Positions 10,299 to 21,309 of a stretch of DNA of 58,878 nt are shown in pieces. The notes under the pieces were generated by a model that was given only the letters and a program-made list of their open reading frames with translations, was not told where the DNA came from and searched no databases. Within the stretch, counting starts at the first letter, position 1; every line of letters begins with the position of its first letter. Origin of the DNA: Bacteroidales bacterium (GTDB lineage Bacteria > Bacteroidota > Bacteroidia > Bacteroidales > DASVHX01); NCBI GenBank assembly GCA_038246075.1, contig JBBRRV010000003.1, forward strand, positions 1 to 58,878. Reading direction: 5' to 3'. Position numbers and translations under genes: made by a program.

Positions 10299-11419
10299 AG
10301 ATTCCGTTTAACAAACCCTATCTTACCGGAAAAGAAATGCACTATATGTACCAGGCGGTATATTCCGGAAAGATTTCAGGAAATGGTATGTATACAAAAA
10401 AATGCCAGAAATTATTCGAAGACAAATTCGGATTCAAAAAGGCATTGCTTACTACTTCGTGCACTGATGCATTGGAAATGTGTGCGCTGTTGGCCGATAT
10501 ACAGCCCGGTGATGAAGTCATTATACCTTCATATACTTTTGTGTCAACAGCCTTGGCTTTCGTGCGGCAGGGTGCCAAAATTGTATTTGCGGATAGCAAT
10601 GCTCAAAACCCCAATATTGACGCCGCACATATCGAAGAATTAGTTACCAGTCGGACAAAAGTAATCGTCCCTGTGCATTATGCAGGCATTGCCTGCGATA
10701 TGGATCTGATAATGGCGATCGCTAAAAGGCATAATTTATTGGTGATAGAAGATGCAGCCCAGGGAATTGACTCCTACTATAAAGGGAAGGCATTAGGCTC
10801 TATCGGGCATATGGCTGCGTTCTCTTTTCATGAAACCAAGAATATAAATTCAGGTGAAGGTGGTTTGTTGGCGATTAATGACGAACGATTTATCAACAGG
10901 TCTGAAATAATATGGGAGAAAGGCACTAACCGTTCGGAGTTTTTCCGTGGTGTTGTTAATAAGTATGGCTGGGTGGATACCGGATCCTCATTTCTTCCAT
11001 CTGAAATTATTGCAGCTTATCTGTGGGCGCAGCTTGAAAACTTAGAAAATATTCAGCAACAGCGGATAAAAATATGGAATCAATATCATGAAGGGCTGAA
11101 ATCATGGGCTAACGAAAACGGAGTCGGATTACCGGTAATTCCGGATTATGCCACCAACAATGGTCATATGTTTTACCTGATCTGTAATTCATCAGCGCAA
11201 AGGGATGGTCTGATTAAAAGGTTATCTGAAAATGATATTCTGGCAGTTTTCCACTATTTAAGTCTGCATAAAAGTCCATATTACCACGATAAGCACGATG
11301 GGAGAGAGATGGAAAACAGCGACAGGTACACAGAATGCCTGGTTAGGCTTCCGCTTTACTATGAATTATCTGACGATGATGTAAACCGGATTATTGATAC
11401 AATTAAAGCATTCAATTAA
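10286..11419 (+). CDS. wecE: dTDP-4-amino-4,6-dideoxygalactose transaminase (DegT/DnrJ/EryC1 family)
   Basis: It is collinear with E. coli WecE as I recall it: IPFNKPYLTGKE, PGDEVIIPSYTFVSTA, VPVHYAGIACDMD, the PLP-lysine motif FSFHETKN, EKGTNRS and MFYL. Confidence 0.92.
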   Translation: MDKIKIPFNKPYLTGKEMHYMYQAVYSGKISGNGMYTKKCQKLFEDKFGFKKALLTTSCTDALEMCALLADIQPGDEVIIPSYTFVSTALAFVRQGAKIVFADSNAQNPNIDAAHIEELVTSRTKVIVPVHYAGIACDMDLIMAIAKRHNLLVIEDAAQGIDSYYKGKALGSIGHMAAFSFHETKNINSGEGGLLAINDERFINRSEIIWEKGTNRSEFFRGVVNKYGWVDTGSSFLPSEIIAAYLWAQLENLENIQQQRIKIWNQYHEGLKSWANENGVGLPVIPDYATNNGHMFYLICNSSAQRDGLIKRLSENDILAVFHYLSLHKSPYYHDKHDGREMENSDRYTECLVRLPLYYELSDDDVNRIIDTIKAFN

Positions 11420-11424
11420 TAGTT

Positions 11425-12684
11425 TTGGAAAAGCAAATTCAAAAAATATTATTGATTCTATTTCCATTTTATCCCATATGGGGATGGGCTTTTGCCGTTG
11501 TGACCAATAAGAATATTACAACTTTTATCAATTTCCTGTGGGTGCCCATTGTTTTATATTATTTAATAACCAAGAGCAATAAACTGCCAAAGTATCTGCT
11601 CTTCCTGATCATATTTACTGCATTTCATCTTACTTCGGCATATTTTAATGGTATCATACGCTCAGATTCGGAGATATTATATTATATACTGTTTGATGCA
11701 AATGTAGTTGCATGTGCGCTGTTATTTATTATTGAGAATACTGAATTTGATGAAAGATTCATAAAGATAATGAATCGGAATATTTTCCTGGTTGTGATGA
11801 TTTCCCTGGTAGTTAGCTTGATACAAGTGAAGTTCCCATCCTTTTTTATATCTCCGGCAATTACAGAAGGCGAAGAAAATATTGCATTTTTAGAGGATAC
11901 CAGAATCCTTTCTATCTATAGTTGGCTTAATATAAACTCTATTGGGATAACCTTCCCGATACTGATTTCTCTGATGATAAGTGTATTCGAATTAAAAGAT
12001 AAAAAATTCCCGCTGATCATTTTTAGTGGAATTATTGTGTCCTTTTTGACAAAGGCTAGGTACGTTATGATATCAACAATAATAGCTTTCTCTCAGTTAT
12101 TTATGAGTTCAAAACTTTCGATACGGAATAAAATTATTTACATCTCATTTTTTTTAGTAAGTATTCTCGCTATTGATGCATTAGCGGAAAATTACGGATT
12201 TAGTATTCAACAGGTTATTGATCAACGGATATTGGAGAAGGATGATGATATGGCATCTGCCAATGCCAGGATAACTTCATATTATGTATTCCTGCAAAAA
12301 TTTCCGGAAAATCCGTGGTTTGGAGTAGGTCCGGAAACCAGAGCAGATGTGGTGGAATTATTGGGAGGCCAGGCTCCTTTAATACACATTGGCTATCTGT
12401 CCTATCTTTATTTCTATGGGATTGCCGGTTTCCTCATCTTATTAATATCAATATTTTATTTATTGAAAAGGGCTTTTATGATTGGGAAAAAATATTTGTT
12501 TTGGGGTAGTTTTTACGGATTAGTGGCTTTTTGTATTGCCAATACAACATTCGTTTATTTCAATTTTAGTGAAATGGGAATCATATTGGCCGTGATTTAT
12601 TTAAAGTACTTTGAAGATAAATCTGAAACTGACTCTTCAGAAATTGATGCTGAACCAGGCCTTTTACAGGTCAACAGTAATTGA
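11425..12684 (+). CDS. wzy: O-antigen/EPS polymerase-like polytopic membrane protein (Wzy / O-antigen ligase family)
   Basis: TTG start. It has about 10 hydrophobic segments and one larger hydrophilic loop (..EKDDDMASANARITSYYVF..), the typical Wzy architecture. The call is mainly by architecture and context. Confidence 0.6.
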   Translation: MEKQIQKILLILFPFYPIWGWAFAVVTNKNITTFINFLWVPIVLYYLITKSNKLPKYLLFLIIFTAFHLTSAYFNGIIRSDSEILYYILFDANVVACALLFIIENTEFDERFIKIMNRNIFLVVMISLVVSLIQVKFPSFFISPAITEGEENIAFLEDTRILSIYSWLNINSIGITFPILISLMISVFELKDKKFPLIIFSGIIVSFLTKARYVMISTIIAFSQLFMSSKLSIRNKIIYISFFLVSILAIDALAENYGFSIQQVIDQRILEKDDDMASANARITSYYVFLQKFPENPWFGVGPETRADVVELLGGQAPLIHIGYLSYLYFYGIAGFLILLISIFYLLKRAFMIGKKYLFWGSFYGLVAFCIANTTFVYFNFSEMGIILAVIYLKYFEDKSETDSSEIDAEPGLLQVNSN

Positions 12685-12825
12685 ATATTGATGATTTGGC
12701 AGGTCAGTTAAATGAAGTACAAGAAATGCCTGATGTTACGATTTGAAAATATTTATTCTTTTTATAAAGAACAAATTGCAAGTTTTGCGGTTTAGTGACT
12801 TTATCAGCATGCAATCAAACACAAT

Positions 12826-14010
12826 ATGGGCATAGTAATATTTGGAGATTTATTTTCCTTTCCGGAAGGAGATGCTGCAACAAACAGGGTACACACTTTT
12901 GCAAAAGGTTTTATTGAAAATAAAGTAAATGTTCAGGTCATTTGTTTTGTTAATGAATACCGCGATATATCTGAAGGCGTAAATAATAGAATACCTTATT
13001 ACTATCCGTTTAATCAAAAAAAAAGGAGTCGCTATTTTGTCATCCGCAGGTTGCACAAACTGCAAAAATATTTCCGAACATATAATTTAATCCGAAAAAT
13101 TAACAAGCAGGAAAAAATCACTGCAATCAATGTTCAAACCAACGAACATTTAACATACTTGTTTTCCTGGTTTCTGGCTAAAATCTGTAATGCAAAATTA
13201 ATAATCGAATGTTGTGAAAATCCGTTAAGGCATTACCAGGACGGACTATTTAGCAGAAGATGGGGAATACTTAAATTTCATATTGAAGCGCGTTTATGTG
13301 ATGGCGTGTTATGTATTTCAAATTTCCTGATTAATTTTCATACCATCAGGGGAATTGACGAGCGAAAACTTATTCTGGTGCCCAGCACAGTCGATCCGGC
13401 CAGGTTTTTGAACATCGGGGATAAACCTTTTGATTTCAGGTATATAGGGTATTTTGGCGCATTGACCTTTTTAAGGGATAATTTAGATTTGCTGATTAAA
13501 TCTTTTGCAGACATTACAAAATTACACCCGGAATTTCGCCTGGTATTAGGGGGGTTCTGCACTGAAAAAGAGAAATCGGAAATTGAAGAATTGATTCAGC
13601 AACTGAAAATAAAACAAAAAGTCATTATGCTCGATTATATGGATCGGCAGGAAGTCATCCGATATATCAGCCACGCTGATATTCTTGTAATGGTCAGAAG
13701 TAAAGACCTTGAATCGGAGGCTTCATTTCCTTCAAAACTAACCGAATTTATTGCAACCTCAAAACCTGTCATAACGGTAAATGTAGGAGAAATTGCCGAC
13801 TATTTTACTGATGGGGTGAACGCTTTTGTTGTCGAACCTGAGAATAGCGATAGGATAACCGAAAAATTAAATTATGTGATTAATAATTATGACTTTGCTA
13901 CGCAGGTAGGGCAAAAAGGGAGAGAAATGACAGATACAATATTTAATTATAACTATCAGGCTAAACGAATTATTGATTTTATTGCATCACTCAATAGCGA
14001 ACATACATGA
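12826..14010 (+). CDS. GT4-type glycosyltransferase
   Basis: It has a GT-B C-domain with SFPSKLTEFIATSKPVITVNVGEIADYF (E-x7-E region). Confidence 0.8.
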   Translation: MGIVIFGDLFSFPEGDAATNRVHTFAKGFIENKVNVQVICFVNEYRDISEGVNNRIPYYYPFNQKKRSRYFVIRRLHKLQKYFRTYNLIRKINKQEKITAINVQTNEHLTYLFSWFLAKICNAKLIIECCENPLRHYQDGLFSRRWGILKFHIEARLCDGVLCISNFLINFHTIRGIDERKLILVPSTVDPARFLNIGDKPFDFRYIGYFGALTFLRDNLDLLIKSFADITKLHPEFRLVLGGFCTEKEKSEIEELIQQLKIKQKVIMLDYMDRQEVIRYISHADILVMVRSKDLESEASFPSKLTEFIATSKPVITVNVGEIADYFTDGVNAFVVEPENSDRITEKLNYVINNYDFATQVGQKGREMTDTIFNYNYQAKRIIDFIASLNSEHT

Positions 14011-14133
14011 TTCGTCAGTACAAAAATATGAAAATGACACTGAAAAATATTTTGTACATTTCTTTTTAAACTTTAATCACCCATCAATAAATTGTTTTTA
14101 GCCTTAATTCATCAACAATAATAAGCTGATAAT

Positions 14134-15120
14134 ATGCACTTTATTCTGACGATTGACACAGAAGCTGATAACCAGTGGGATCATGGTTGTGATGTCACAG
14201 TAAAAAATATTGCGTTCATTCCCCGGTTTCAGGATTTATGCAATAAATATAAAATTAAACCAACTTACCTGGTTACTTCAGAGGTTTGTGAAGATAATTT
14301 AGCCAAAGAAATTTTCGGATCCTATTTAGCACAGCATACCGCTGAAGTAGGAGCTCATTTACATGCCTGGACAACTGGTCCTTTCCTGGATAAGGATGGA
14401 TTTCGCGACAACGATAAAGGCCATGCATTTGCAACAGAATTACCAATCGATTTATTAAAAGAAAAAATAAAAACACTTACAGGACAGATTGAGACCTCGT
14501 TTGGTATACACCCCCAATCGTTTCGGTCAGGCCGATATGGATTTAACGATGAGGTGGCCAGGAGTTTGGTTGAGAATTCTTATCTGGTGGATTCTTCAGT
14601 TTCGCCATACACAAATTGGGCCAGTCATCCGGGTGTACCCGGATCCATTGGCGGGCCTGATTTCATTGATAAAACCACAGATCCATATACGTATGATTTT
14701 GGCACCGGCTCATTGATTGAAATACCGATTACGATATTGCCGACTCATCCTTTTTTAAACAGATATAAGGCATTTGCCAGGTATTATTTCAGGCATGTAA
14801 ATTATAGTATTGCGCTTAGGGTACTCCGGAAGTTTATATTTAAAAATCAGCCATTGTGGTTAAGACCATCCGGTACAATGAATATTGGCCACTTTAAAGA
14901 ACTATTGGATGCATCAGCTGACCTAAAGCTTCCATTTCTTGTCATGATGTTTCACTCCAGCGAATTAATGCCCGGTGGCTCTCCGAACTTTCCCGACAAG
15001 GATTCAATTGAGAAATTATATGTCTTATTGGAGAAATTCTTTATTTTATTGCAGGACAGAGACATCGCTTCTGTCACATTAACGGAAGCCGCTAAAAAAA
15101 ACCTGGTTTCTCAGTTATAA
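14134..15120 (+). CDS. Polysaccharide-deacetylase-like protein (WalW-type)
   Basis: The opening HFILTIDTEADNQWDHG and the later FHSSEL pattern resemble the deacetylase-like proteins seen in LPS/EPS loci. This is a weak motif-level call. Confidence 0.5.
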   Translation: MHFILTIDTEADNQWDHGCDVTVKNIAFIPRFQDLCNKYKIKPTYLVTSEVCEDNLAKEIFGSYLAQHTAEVGAHLHAWTTGPFLDKDGFRDNDKGHAFATELPIDLLKEKIKTLTGQIETSFGIHPQSFRSGRYGFNDEVARSLVENSYLVDSSVSPYTNWASHPGVPGSIGGPDFIDKTTDPYTYDFGTGSLIEIPITILPTHPFLNRYKAFARYYFRHVNYSIALRVLRKFIFKNQPLWLRPSGTMNIGHFKELLDASADLKLPFLVMMFHSSELMPGGSPNFPDKDSIEKLYVLLEKFFILLQDRDIASVTLTEAAKKNLVSQL

Positions 15121-15190
15121 TGACTCGGGAATAGGCGTAATTATCTCTTCATTTTTCTCCATGATTGTCGATATAAATCTATTTTAAGCC

Positions 15191-16309
15191 ATGAAAATTT
15201 GTCTTTGGGGTGATGTTGCAGCTGCGCTAAAAGGAAGTACGAAGGGCGGTGGTGAATTGCAAACAGCTCTCAGAGCAAAAGCATTGGCGATTGCCGGTCA
15301 CGAAGTTGTGATCATCGACCCTTATGTGAAAGAGAGTTTTACTACTGAGGATGGAGTAAGCGTGATTTCTGTACCTGATTTTAATAAAGGATTCAGGGGG
15401 ATCCGGTTGTTTTGGTACCGAATTCCTGCACTATGGAAATTATTTACCGAACAGAAAGCCGACTTCTATTATATTACAATGCGTAATTATTTTCATCTTA
15501 TTCCATATTTTGCTGCCAGGAAAACAGGGGGAAAACTCATTTTGGCCATTGCTTCGGATCTGGATTTATCCAGTGCAGCCAAAAGATTCAAATATTCATA
15601 TAAACCGCGGTTTGATTTATTAGGGTATCTGACATTATTTGTGCCCAATGATCTTGTGTTCAATTATCTTTTAAAAAAATCAGATTATATATTGATACAG
15701 CATTCAGGTCAGAAAATCAGATCAAATCACATAAAAGGAAAGGTCAGTATATTCCCTGAAATCATTGATACAAGTACCTTACCTGAAGTCAGGGTTAATT
15801 CCGGAGATTATTTTATTCAGGTGGGTGATGTTAACCTGTTAAAGGGTGTGGATAAACTTTATGAACTCATCAAAAACTGTGACAAAAAGCACACTTTTAT
15901 GATTGTTGGTCGGGCTAAGGATCCCAAATCGAAAGCGATATTTGAGAAATTAGCCCAAATGGAAAACGTCATTATTAAGGGAAGGCAAAACCATACGGAA
16001 ACTTTGCAATTAATTTCAAATTCAAGGGCATTACTCAATACATCCTATTTTGAAGGCTTTCCAAATGTATTTATAGAAGCCTGGGGCTCTGGTGTGCCGG
16101 TAATATCACTGAATGTAAATCCCGGAAATGTATTTGACAAATATGAGTTGGGAATTTGCTGCGATGGGGATTTAGAAAAAATGAAGGCATATGTTGAATC
16201 TGATGCATCTGCTCATATCGATAAAGAAAACCTGGTTTCTTATGTGCGTGATATTCACAACTTCAATCATGCTGGCAAAAGATTATTTGATATCTTAAAT
16301 CATGCTTAG
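15191..16309 (+). CDS. GT4-type glycosyltransferase
   Basis: It carries the motif TSYFEGFPNVFIEAWGSGVPVIS (E-x7-E). Confidence 0.8.
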   Translation: MKICLWGDVAAALKGSTKGGGELQTALRAKALAIAGHEVVIIDPYVKESFTTEDGVSVISVPDFNKGFRGIRLFWYRIPALWKLFTEQKADFYYITMRNYFHLIPYFAARKTGGKLILAIASDLDLSSAAKRFKYSYKPRFDLLGYLTLFVPNDLVFNYLLKKSDYILIQHSGQKIRSNHIKGKVSIFPEIIDTSTLPEVRVNSGDYFIQVGDVNLLKGVDKLYELIKNCDKKHTFMIVGRAKDPKSKAIFEKLAQMENVIIKGRQNHTETLQLISNSRALLNTSYFEGFPNVFIEAWGSGVPVISLNVNPGNVFDKYELGICCDGDLEKMKAYVESDASAHIDKENLVSYVRDIHNFNHAGKRLFDILNHA

Positions 16310-16599
16310 CTGAACGATTTATGAGGAATTAAAGGTGCTGTCTGGCATGGAAAGAAAAGACGGGTATTGATCAGTGGCTGTTAGAAATCAGTAGCCCATA
16401 ATTCCGGGATGGCGGGATTTAGCGACCATCTGGGGTTATTACACTTTTCTGAAGAACGGTTATAGCAGAACAGGCAATGTTGAGATAATCAGTTAACAAA
16501 GTGCAGCGATATTACGGGTGCAACATATAAAATTTCATGTCAACAGGAAATTGTCGTATAGTGTACTATTTGCAACCATTAAAAAATGCAGCATAAAAG

Positions 16600-17718
16600 A
16601 TGAAAATTCTTTTTACTATAGACCGATTTGGATCTGGCGGGAAAGAGCGCAGACTGACTGAATTGATGAAAATGCTCAAATTGAATAAAGACATTCATTT
16701 TGAGCTTATTATTATGGATAAGAACATCCATTATAAAGAAGTTCTTGATCTTGGAATAAAAATACATTTTATCTCAAGAAAAATTAAAAAGGACCCGCTT
16801 GTATTTATTCAATTTTATGGAATTTGCAAATCATTCAGACCTGACTTCGTTCATTGCTGGGATGGCATGACTGCTGTTTATATGATACCCCCCTGTAAAT
16901 TACTGGGTATAAAGTTACTAAACGGTATGATCACCAATGCCCCGGAAAACATGAATATATTTCACAAAAACTGGAACTATGCAAAATTGACTTTTATGTT
17001 TTCTAATGTAATAGTCGGAAACTCCCTGGCAGGACTGTCGGCCTATAATGCGCCGGAGAAAAAGAGTTACTGCATTTATAACGGATTTAACTTTGACAGA
17101 CTAAATAATCTCACGCATGCGGGCGAGATGAGAAAACTTCTTAATATCAGTTCCAAATATGTTATTGGAATGGTAGCTACTTTTTCATTAAAGAAAGATT
17201 ACAGAACATATTATCATGCAGCCCAAATACTACTGGAGAAAGGTCATGACATCACTTTTATAGCCATCGGGAGAGATACTGAATCCTCCCAATCCATCAA
17301 CCTGATCAAAAATGGAAACCTGGAACATTTCCGATTATTAGGGGAGAGAACCGGAATAGAATCATTCATTAATATTATGGATATATGTGTTTTGTGTACT
17401 TATACAGAAGCCATATCAAATTCAATCCTTGAGTACATGGCATTGGGAAAGCCTGTGATTGCTACCGACGGAGGAGGCACTAATGAGATAGTGGTAGATC
17501 AGAAGACAGGATATTTATTACGCCAATCAGACCCTGCAGAGCTCGTCGAAAAAATTGAAGTTTTATTAAATGATAAAGAATTACGTGATAGGATGGGCGC
17601 TTTGGGAAAAAAAACGATCTGCGAAAAATTTTCAATTGAGAAAATGGTAAATAGTTATACAGCAATGTATAATTCCAACCTTACTGCAATCGAAGCTTTA
17701 ACTAGCGAACACCTATAA
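16600..17718 (+). CDS. GT4-type glycosyltransferase
   Basis: It carries the motif TYTEAISNSILEYMALGKPVIATDGGGTNEIV (E-x7-E). Confidence 0.8.
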   Translation: MKILFTIDRFGSGGKERRLTELMKMLKLNKDIHFELIIMDKNIHYKEVLDLGIKIHFISRKIKKDPLVFIQFYGICKSFRPDFVHCWDGMTAVYMIPPCKLLGIKLLNGMITNAPENMNIFHKNWNYAKLTFMFSNVIVGNSLAGLSAYNAPEKKSYCIYNGFNFDRLNNLTHAGEMRKLLNISSKYVIGMVATFSLKKDYRTYYHAAQILLEKGHDITFIAIGRDTESSQSINLIKNGNLEHFRLLGERTGIESFINIMDICVLCTYTEAISNSILEYMALGKPVIATDGGGTNEIVVDQKTGYLLRQSDPAELVEKIEVLLNDKELRDRMGALGKKTICEKFSIEKMVNSYTAMYNSNLTAIEALTSEHL

Positions 17719-17775
17719 AAATCAGATGGTGATGTGCGTAATTCCATATGACCCATGAACAATGAATATTAACAT

Positions 17776-19020
17776 ATGAAAATTATTCTTGTAAATCTTC
17801 GTTATTTCATTTCAGGTGGTCCCGAACGCTATATGTTTAATATAAAAGATGTACTTGAGTCACATGGACATCAGGTAATTCCGTTTAGCATCAAACACAA
17901 TTTAAATGAACCCTCAGCTTACGATAATTACTTCCTTGAACCAATCGGGAAAGGCGACGAAGTGTATTTCAGAGAGTATAAAAAGAGCAACTTTAGCGAT
18001 ATCGTTCATTTAATTGGCAGATTATTTTATTCATTCGAAGCAAAAAGAAAACTATCAGCTTTGATCAGGGAGGTTAAACCTGATTTGGTGTATGTTTTAT
18101 ACTTTGAGAATAAAATTTCCCCCAGCATCTTTGATGCTGCAAAAAAATTTCACCTGCCGCTGGTAGTCAGGATTTCAGATTTCGGAATGATATGTGCTAC
18201 AAATCATTTTCACCAAAAAAGAAAACAGGAAATATGTGAAAAGTGCATTAAAAAAGACCGTTGGCATTTAATAAAGGACAAGTGTTTCCATGACTCTTAC
18301 TCCTATTCCATACTTAAATATTTTTCTTATTTGCTGCATGATTTGTTGAAAATTCAGGATAAGGTTGACGCCTATGTGATACCCTCAAAATTTACGATTA
18401 CGAAGTATGTGGAATATGGGATTCCTGCGCGTAAAATATATCACATCCCGACATTTTTTAACTTTAAAAGTGACATTGTGCAATTGGAATATCTGAATTT
18501 TGCCCTGTTTGTCGGAAGAATTGATCCTGAAAAAGGAATTAGTACATTGGTTGATGCTTTTATTGACACGGACTACCATTTGAAGATAATCGGCTTCTCC
18601 TCTTCTGATTATGAAACTCAGATCATGCGTTATCTGGAGGGCAAAAAACATAATATTACATTTCTGGGAAGAATGGATTTCAATGAGCTATCTGTTTATT
18701 TGCAAAAATGTTGCTTTACCATTCTTCCTTCAGAATGTTATGATAATTTCCCAAATGCTGTTCTTGAAAGTTTCGCCTATAAGAAAGCCGTGATAGCCAC
18801 TGATATCGGCAGTCTAAAAGAGCTTGTGACGCATGAACAAAATGGTTTATTGTTTAAACACAAAGATTCCCTTGATCTGAAAAATAAAATTGAATACATG
18901 TTCGCAAACAATGATAAAGCCAGGGAATTCGGTGAAAATGGCTTTCAAAAATTAAATAATGAATTTTCAAAAGAAAAACATTACGAAAAACTGGTGAGCC
19001 TTTTTAGCTCATTAACATAA
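17776..19020 (+). CDS. GT4-type glycosyltransferase
   Basis: It carries the motif PSECYDNFPNAVLESFAYKKAVIATDIGSLKELV (E-x7-E). Confidence 0.8.
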   Translation: MKIILVNLRYFISGGPERYMFNIKDVLESHGHQVIPFSIKHNLNEPSAYDNYFLEPIGKGDEVYFREYKKSNFSDIVHLIGRLFYSFEAKRKLSALIREVKPDLVYVLYFENKISPSIFDAAKKFHLPLVVRISDFGMICATNHFHQKRKQEICEKCIKKDRWHLIKDKCFHDSYSYSILKYFSYLLHDLLKIQDKVDAYVIPSKFTITKYVEYGIPARKIYHIPTFFNFKSDIVQLEYLNFALFVGRIDPEKGISTLVDAFIDTDYHLKIIGFSSSDYETQIMRYLEGKKHNITFLGRMDFNELSVYLQKCCFTILPSECYDNFPNAVLESFAYKKAVIATDIGSLKELVTHEQNGLLFKHKDSLDLKNKIEYMFANNDKAREFGENGFQKLNNEFSKEKHYEKLVSLFSSLT

Positions 19021-19060
19021 AATCTATTCCATGTGATTATAAATAAAAAATTACAGATAC

Positions 19061-19963
19061 ATGAAACGAATTTATATTGCCGGATGCGGAGGAATGCTCG
19101 GAGAAGCTTTCTATACACAGTTTAAAAATGACTATATCCTCAGGTGCACAGATAAAGATGTGAATGATACCTGGTTAAGTTTTTTAGATTTCCGCGATTT
19201 GGAAGCCTATAAAAGGGATGTACAGGAATTTATGCCCGATTATTTGTTTCACCTTGGAGCATATACCGATCTGGAGTATTGTGAAAAACATGTTGATGAT
19301 ACTTATCTCACCAATACAACAAGTGTGGAAAATGCTGTATATATTTCCAATGAACTGGATATTCCTTTGCTTTATATAAGTACGGCAGGCATTTTTGATG
19401 GTAAAAAGGAGCAATATGATGACTGGGATATGCCTAATCCTTTGGGTCATTATGCACGGGCGAAATACGCCGGCGAAAGGTATGTAATTGAAAATTCCAT
19501 TCGTTACCTTATTTGCAGAGCTGGCTGGATGATGGGTTCAGGTCCGTCAAAAGACAAGAAGTTTGTGCAGAAAATAATGGCGCAACTAAAGGCTGGCAAA
19601 AAAGAATTATATATTGTGAATGATAAGGACGGCACACCAACCTATACACAGGATTTTGCAAAAAATGTTAAACTACTTCTACAAAAGGAATACTGGGGTT
19701 TATATAATATGGTATGTGGAGGTGAAACCAGCAGACTGGAGGTGGCACAGGAAATGATAAAAATTTTAGGACTGGAAAAAAAAGTACAAATTCTTCCGGT
19801 GAACTCCGATCATTTCAAGAAAGAATATTTTGCTGACCGTCCGCTATGCGAGCGACTGATTAACCGTAAACTTAACATCCGGAAAATGAACATCATGCGC
19901 GACTGGAGAGAGGCATTAAAAGATTATTTAGACAATTATTACAATGGTTATCTGGATATATAG
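19061..19963 (+). CDS. SDR-family NAD(P)-dependent sugar reductase/epimerase (RmlD substrate-binding-domain type)
   Basis: It has the Rossmann start IAGCGGMLG and the catalytic Y-x3-K motif YARAKY. Its 300-aa length is typical of dTDP-4-dehydrorhamnose-reductase-like enzymes. Confidence 0.75.
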   Translation: MKRIYIAGCGGMLGEAFYTQFKNDYILRCTDKDVNDTWLSFLDFRDLEAYKRDVQEFMPDYLFHLGAYTDLEYCEKHVDDTYLTNTTSVENAVYISNELDIPLLYISTAGIFDGKKEQYDDWDMPNPLGHYARAKYAGERYVIENSIRYLICRAGWMMGSGPSKDKKFVQKIMAQLKAGKKELYIVNDKDGTPTYTQDFAKNVKLLLQKEYWGLYNMVCGGETSRLEVAQEMIKILGLEKKVQILPVNSDHFKKEYFADRPLCERLINRKLNIRKMNIMRDWREALKDYLDNYYNGYLDI

Positions 19964-20007
19964 TAAAACTGTACAACAATAATGACGCTGTTCAAAATCA
20001 GAACTAT

Positions 20008-21309
20008 ATGCAAAGTAACAGATTAAATGTTTTAATAGTTGCAAATCAATTATCGCCTATCAAGGGCTCTGAGAGTGCAGTGGGCTGGAATATTGTCACA
20101 CGGCTGGCCAGGTACCATAATGTAACCGTATTGTATGCCAGCGGAAGCCAGTTCAGACCCACCAGCTATGTGGAGGTCGTAAAGGAGTATTTTCTCACTG
20201 CAGCGCCAATCAGCGGGCTTACCCTAATAAATATAGATCACTCCAGATTGAGCAAATTTATTTATTCCATTAATTCAATATTTTCGAAGTTAAGCGCAGT
20301 TGGTTTACCCCTGTTATTTTATGCAGGTTATAATTACTGGCAAAAGGATGCTTTTCGTGAAGCGAAAAGGCTGCATAAAATAAATAATTTCGATATCGTA
20401 CACCAATTGACTTTAATATCTTTCCGTAATCCAGGATATTTATGGAAAATGGATATCCCTTTTTTTTGGGGGCCAACAGGCATGACAACGACCTTGCCCA
20501 AAAATTTTTACAAACTACTATCCTGGGAGTCGAAAATTTTAGAGCGGATTCGTTCAGTTTCAAATTTTTACCAATTCAACTATTCTTCTAAAGTCAGGAA
20601 TGCAAATAAACGGGCGAATGTAATTTACACTTTTTCTAATGCTGATGCATATAGATTAAAAAAGAGAGCAAGTGGACAAGTTAAAATATTACTTGATGTC
20701 GGCACATATTTGCGGCCGGAAAGTGCTAAAACAAAATCAGAAAACAATTCAATGGTCACTGGCATATGGTGTGGGAAATTAACAGATAAAAAAGCTCCGT
20801 CAATTTTATTACAAGCCCTTGCGCAGGATAAAATTACAAAAGAAAATATTGAATTTATAATAGTCGGCAATGGTCCGCTGGAGGCAGAAATACATAAGCT
20901 GGCCGATGAACTCGGACTCAAAAATATTAAATGGATCAGGGAAGTTCAGCATAAGGAAATTTTTGATTTAATGAGCCAGGCAGATTTCTTTGTTCATACA
21001 AGCCTGATGGAAGCTACTTCAAGCGTTATTCCTGAAGCTCTTTCAGTGGGGCTTCCTGTCATCTGTCATGATATCAATGGAATGGGTATCGCCATCAATG
21101 AATCATGCGGAATAACAATTCCGATGAAATCGCCCGATGAAAGCATAAATGGGTTTCATGAAGCCATGAAGCGTCTGGCAGTAGATAGTGATCTTCTCGA
21201 ACAGCTTAAAACCGGGGCAAAGAAAAGATCACGAGAAATAAGTTGGGATGTTATTGCTCAAACAATTGCAAATGACTATGAATCAGTAGCTACAAATAAA
21301 CTAAAATGA
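20008..21309 (+). CDS. GT4-type glycosyltransferase
   Basis: It carries the motif TSLMEATSSVIPEALSVGLPVICHDINGMG (E-x7-E). Confidence 0.8.
   Translation: MQSNRLNVLIVANQLSPIKGSESAVGWNIVTRLARYHNVTVLYASGSQFRPTSYVEVVKEYFLTAAPISGLTLINIDHSRLSKFIYSINSIFSKLSAVGLPLLFYAGYNYWQKDAFREAKRLHKINNFDIVHQLTLISFRNPGYLWKMDIPFFWGPTGMTTTLPKNFYKLLSWESKILERIRSVSNFYQFNYSSKVRNANKRANVIYTFSNADAYRLKKRASGQVKILLDVGTYLRPESAKTKSENNSMVTGIWCGKLTDKKAPSILLQALAQDKITKENIEFIIVGNGPLEAEIHKLADELGLKNIKWIREVQHKEIFDLMSQADFFVHTSLMEATSSVIPEALSVGLPVICHDINGMGIAINESCGITIPMKSPDESINGFHEAMKRLAVDSDLLEQLKTGAKKRSREISWDVIAQTIANDYESVATNKLK

Noticed and set aside
13016-13024. An A9 homopolymer inside the GT4 gene at 12826..14010 could be a phase-variation tract. 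Similar tracts are A8 at about 17606-17613 and T9 at 52334-52342, at the susC 5' end.
   Set aside because: These encode Lys runs (KKR, GKK and the MKKK signal-peptide n-region), which are expected in an AT-rich Bacteroidota genome. A single sequence gives no evidence of length variation, and A/T tracts of this length are only weakly mutable.
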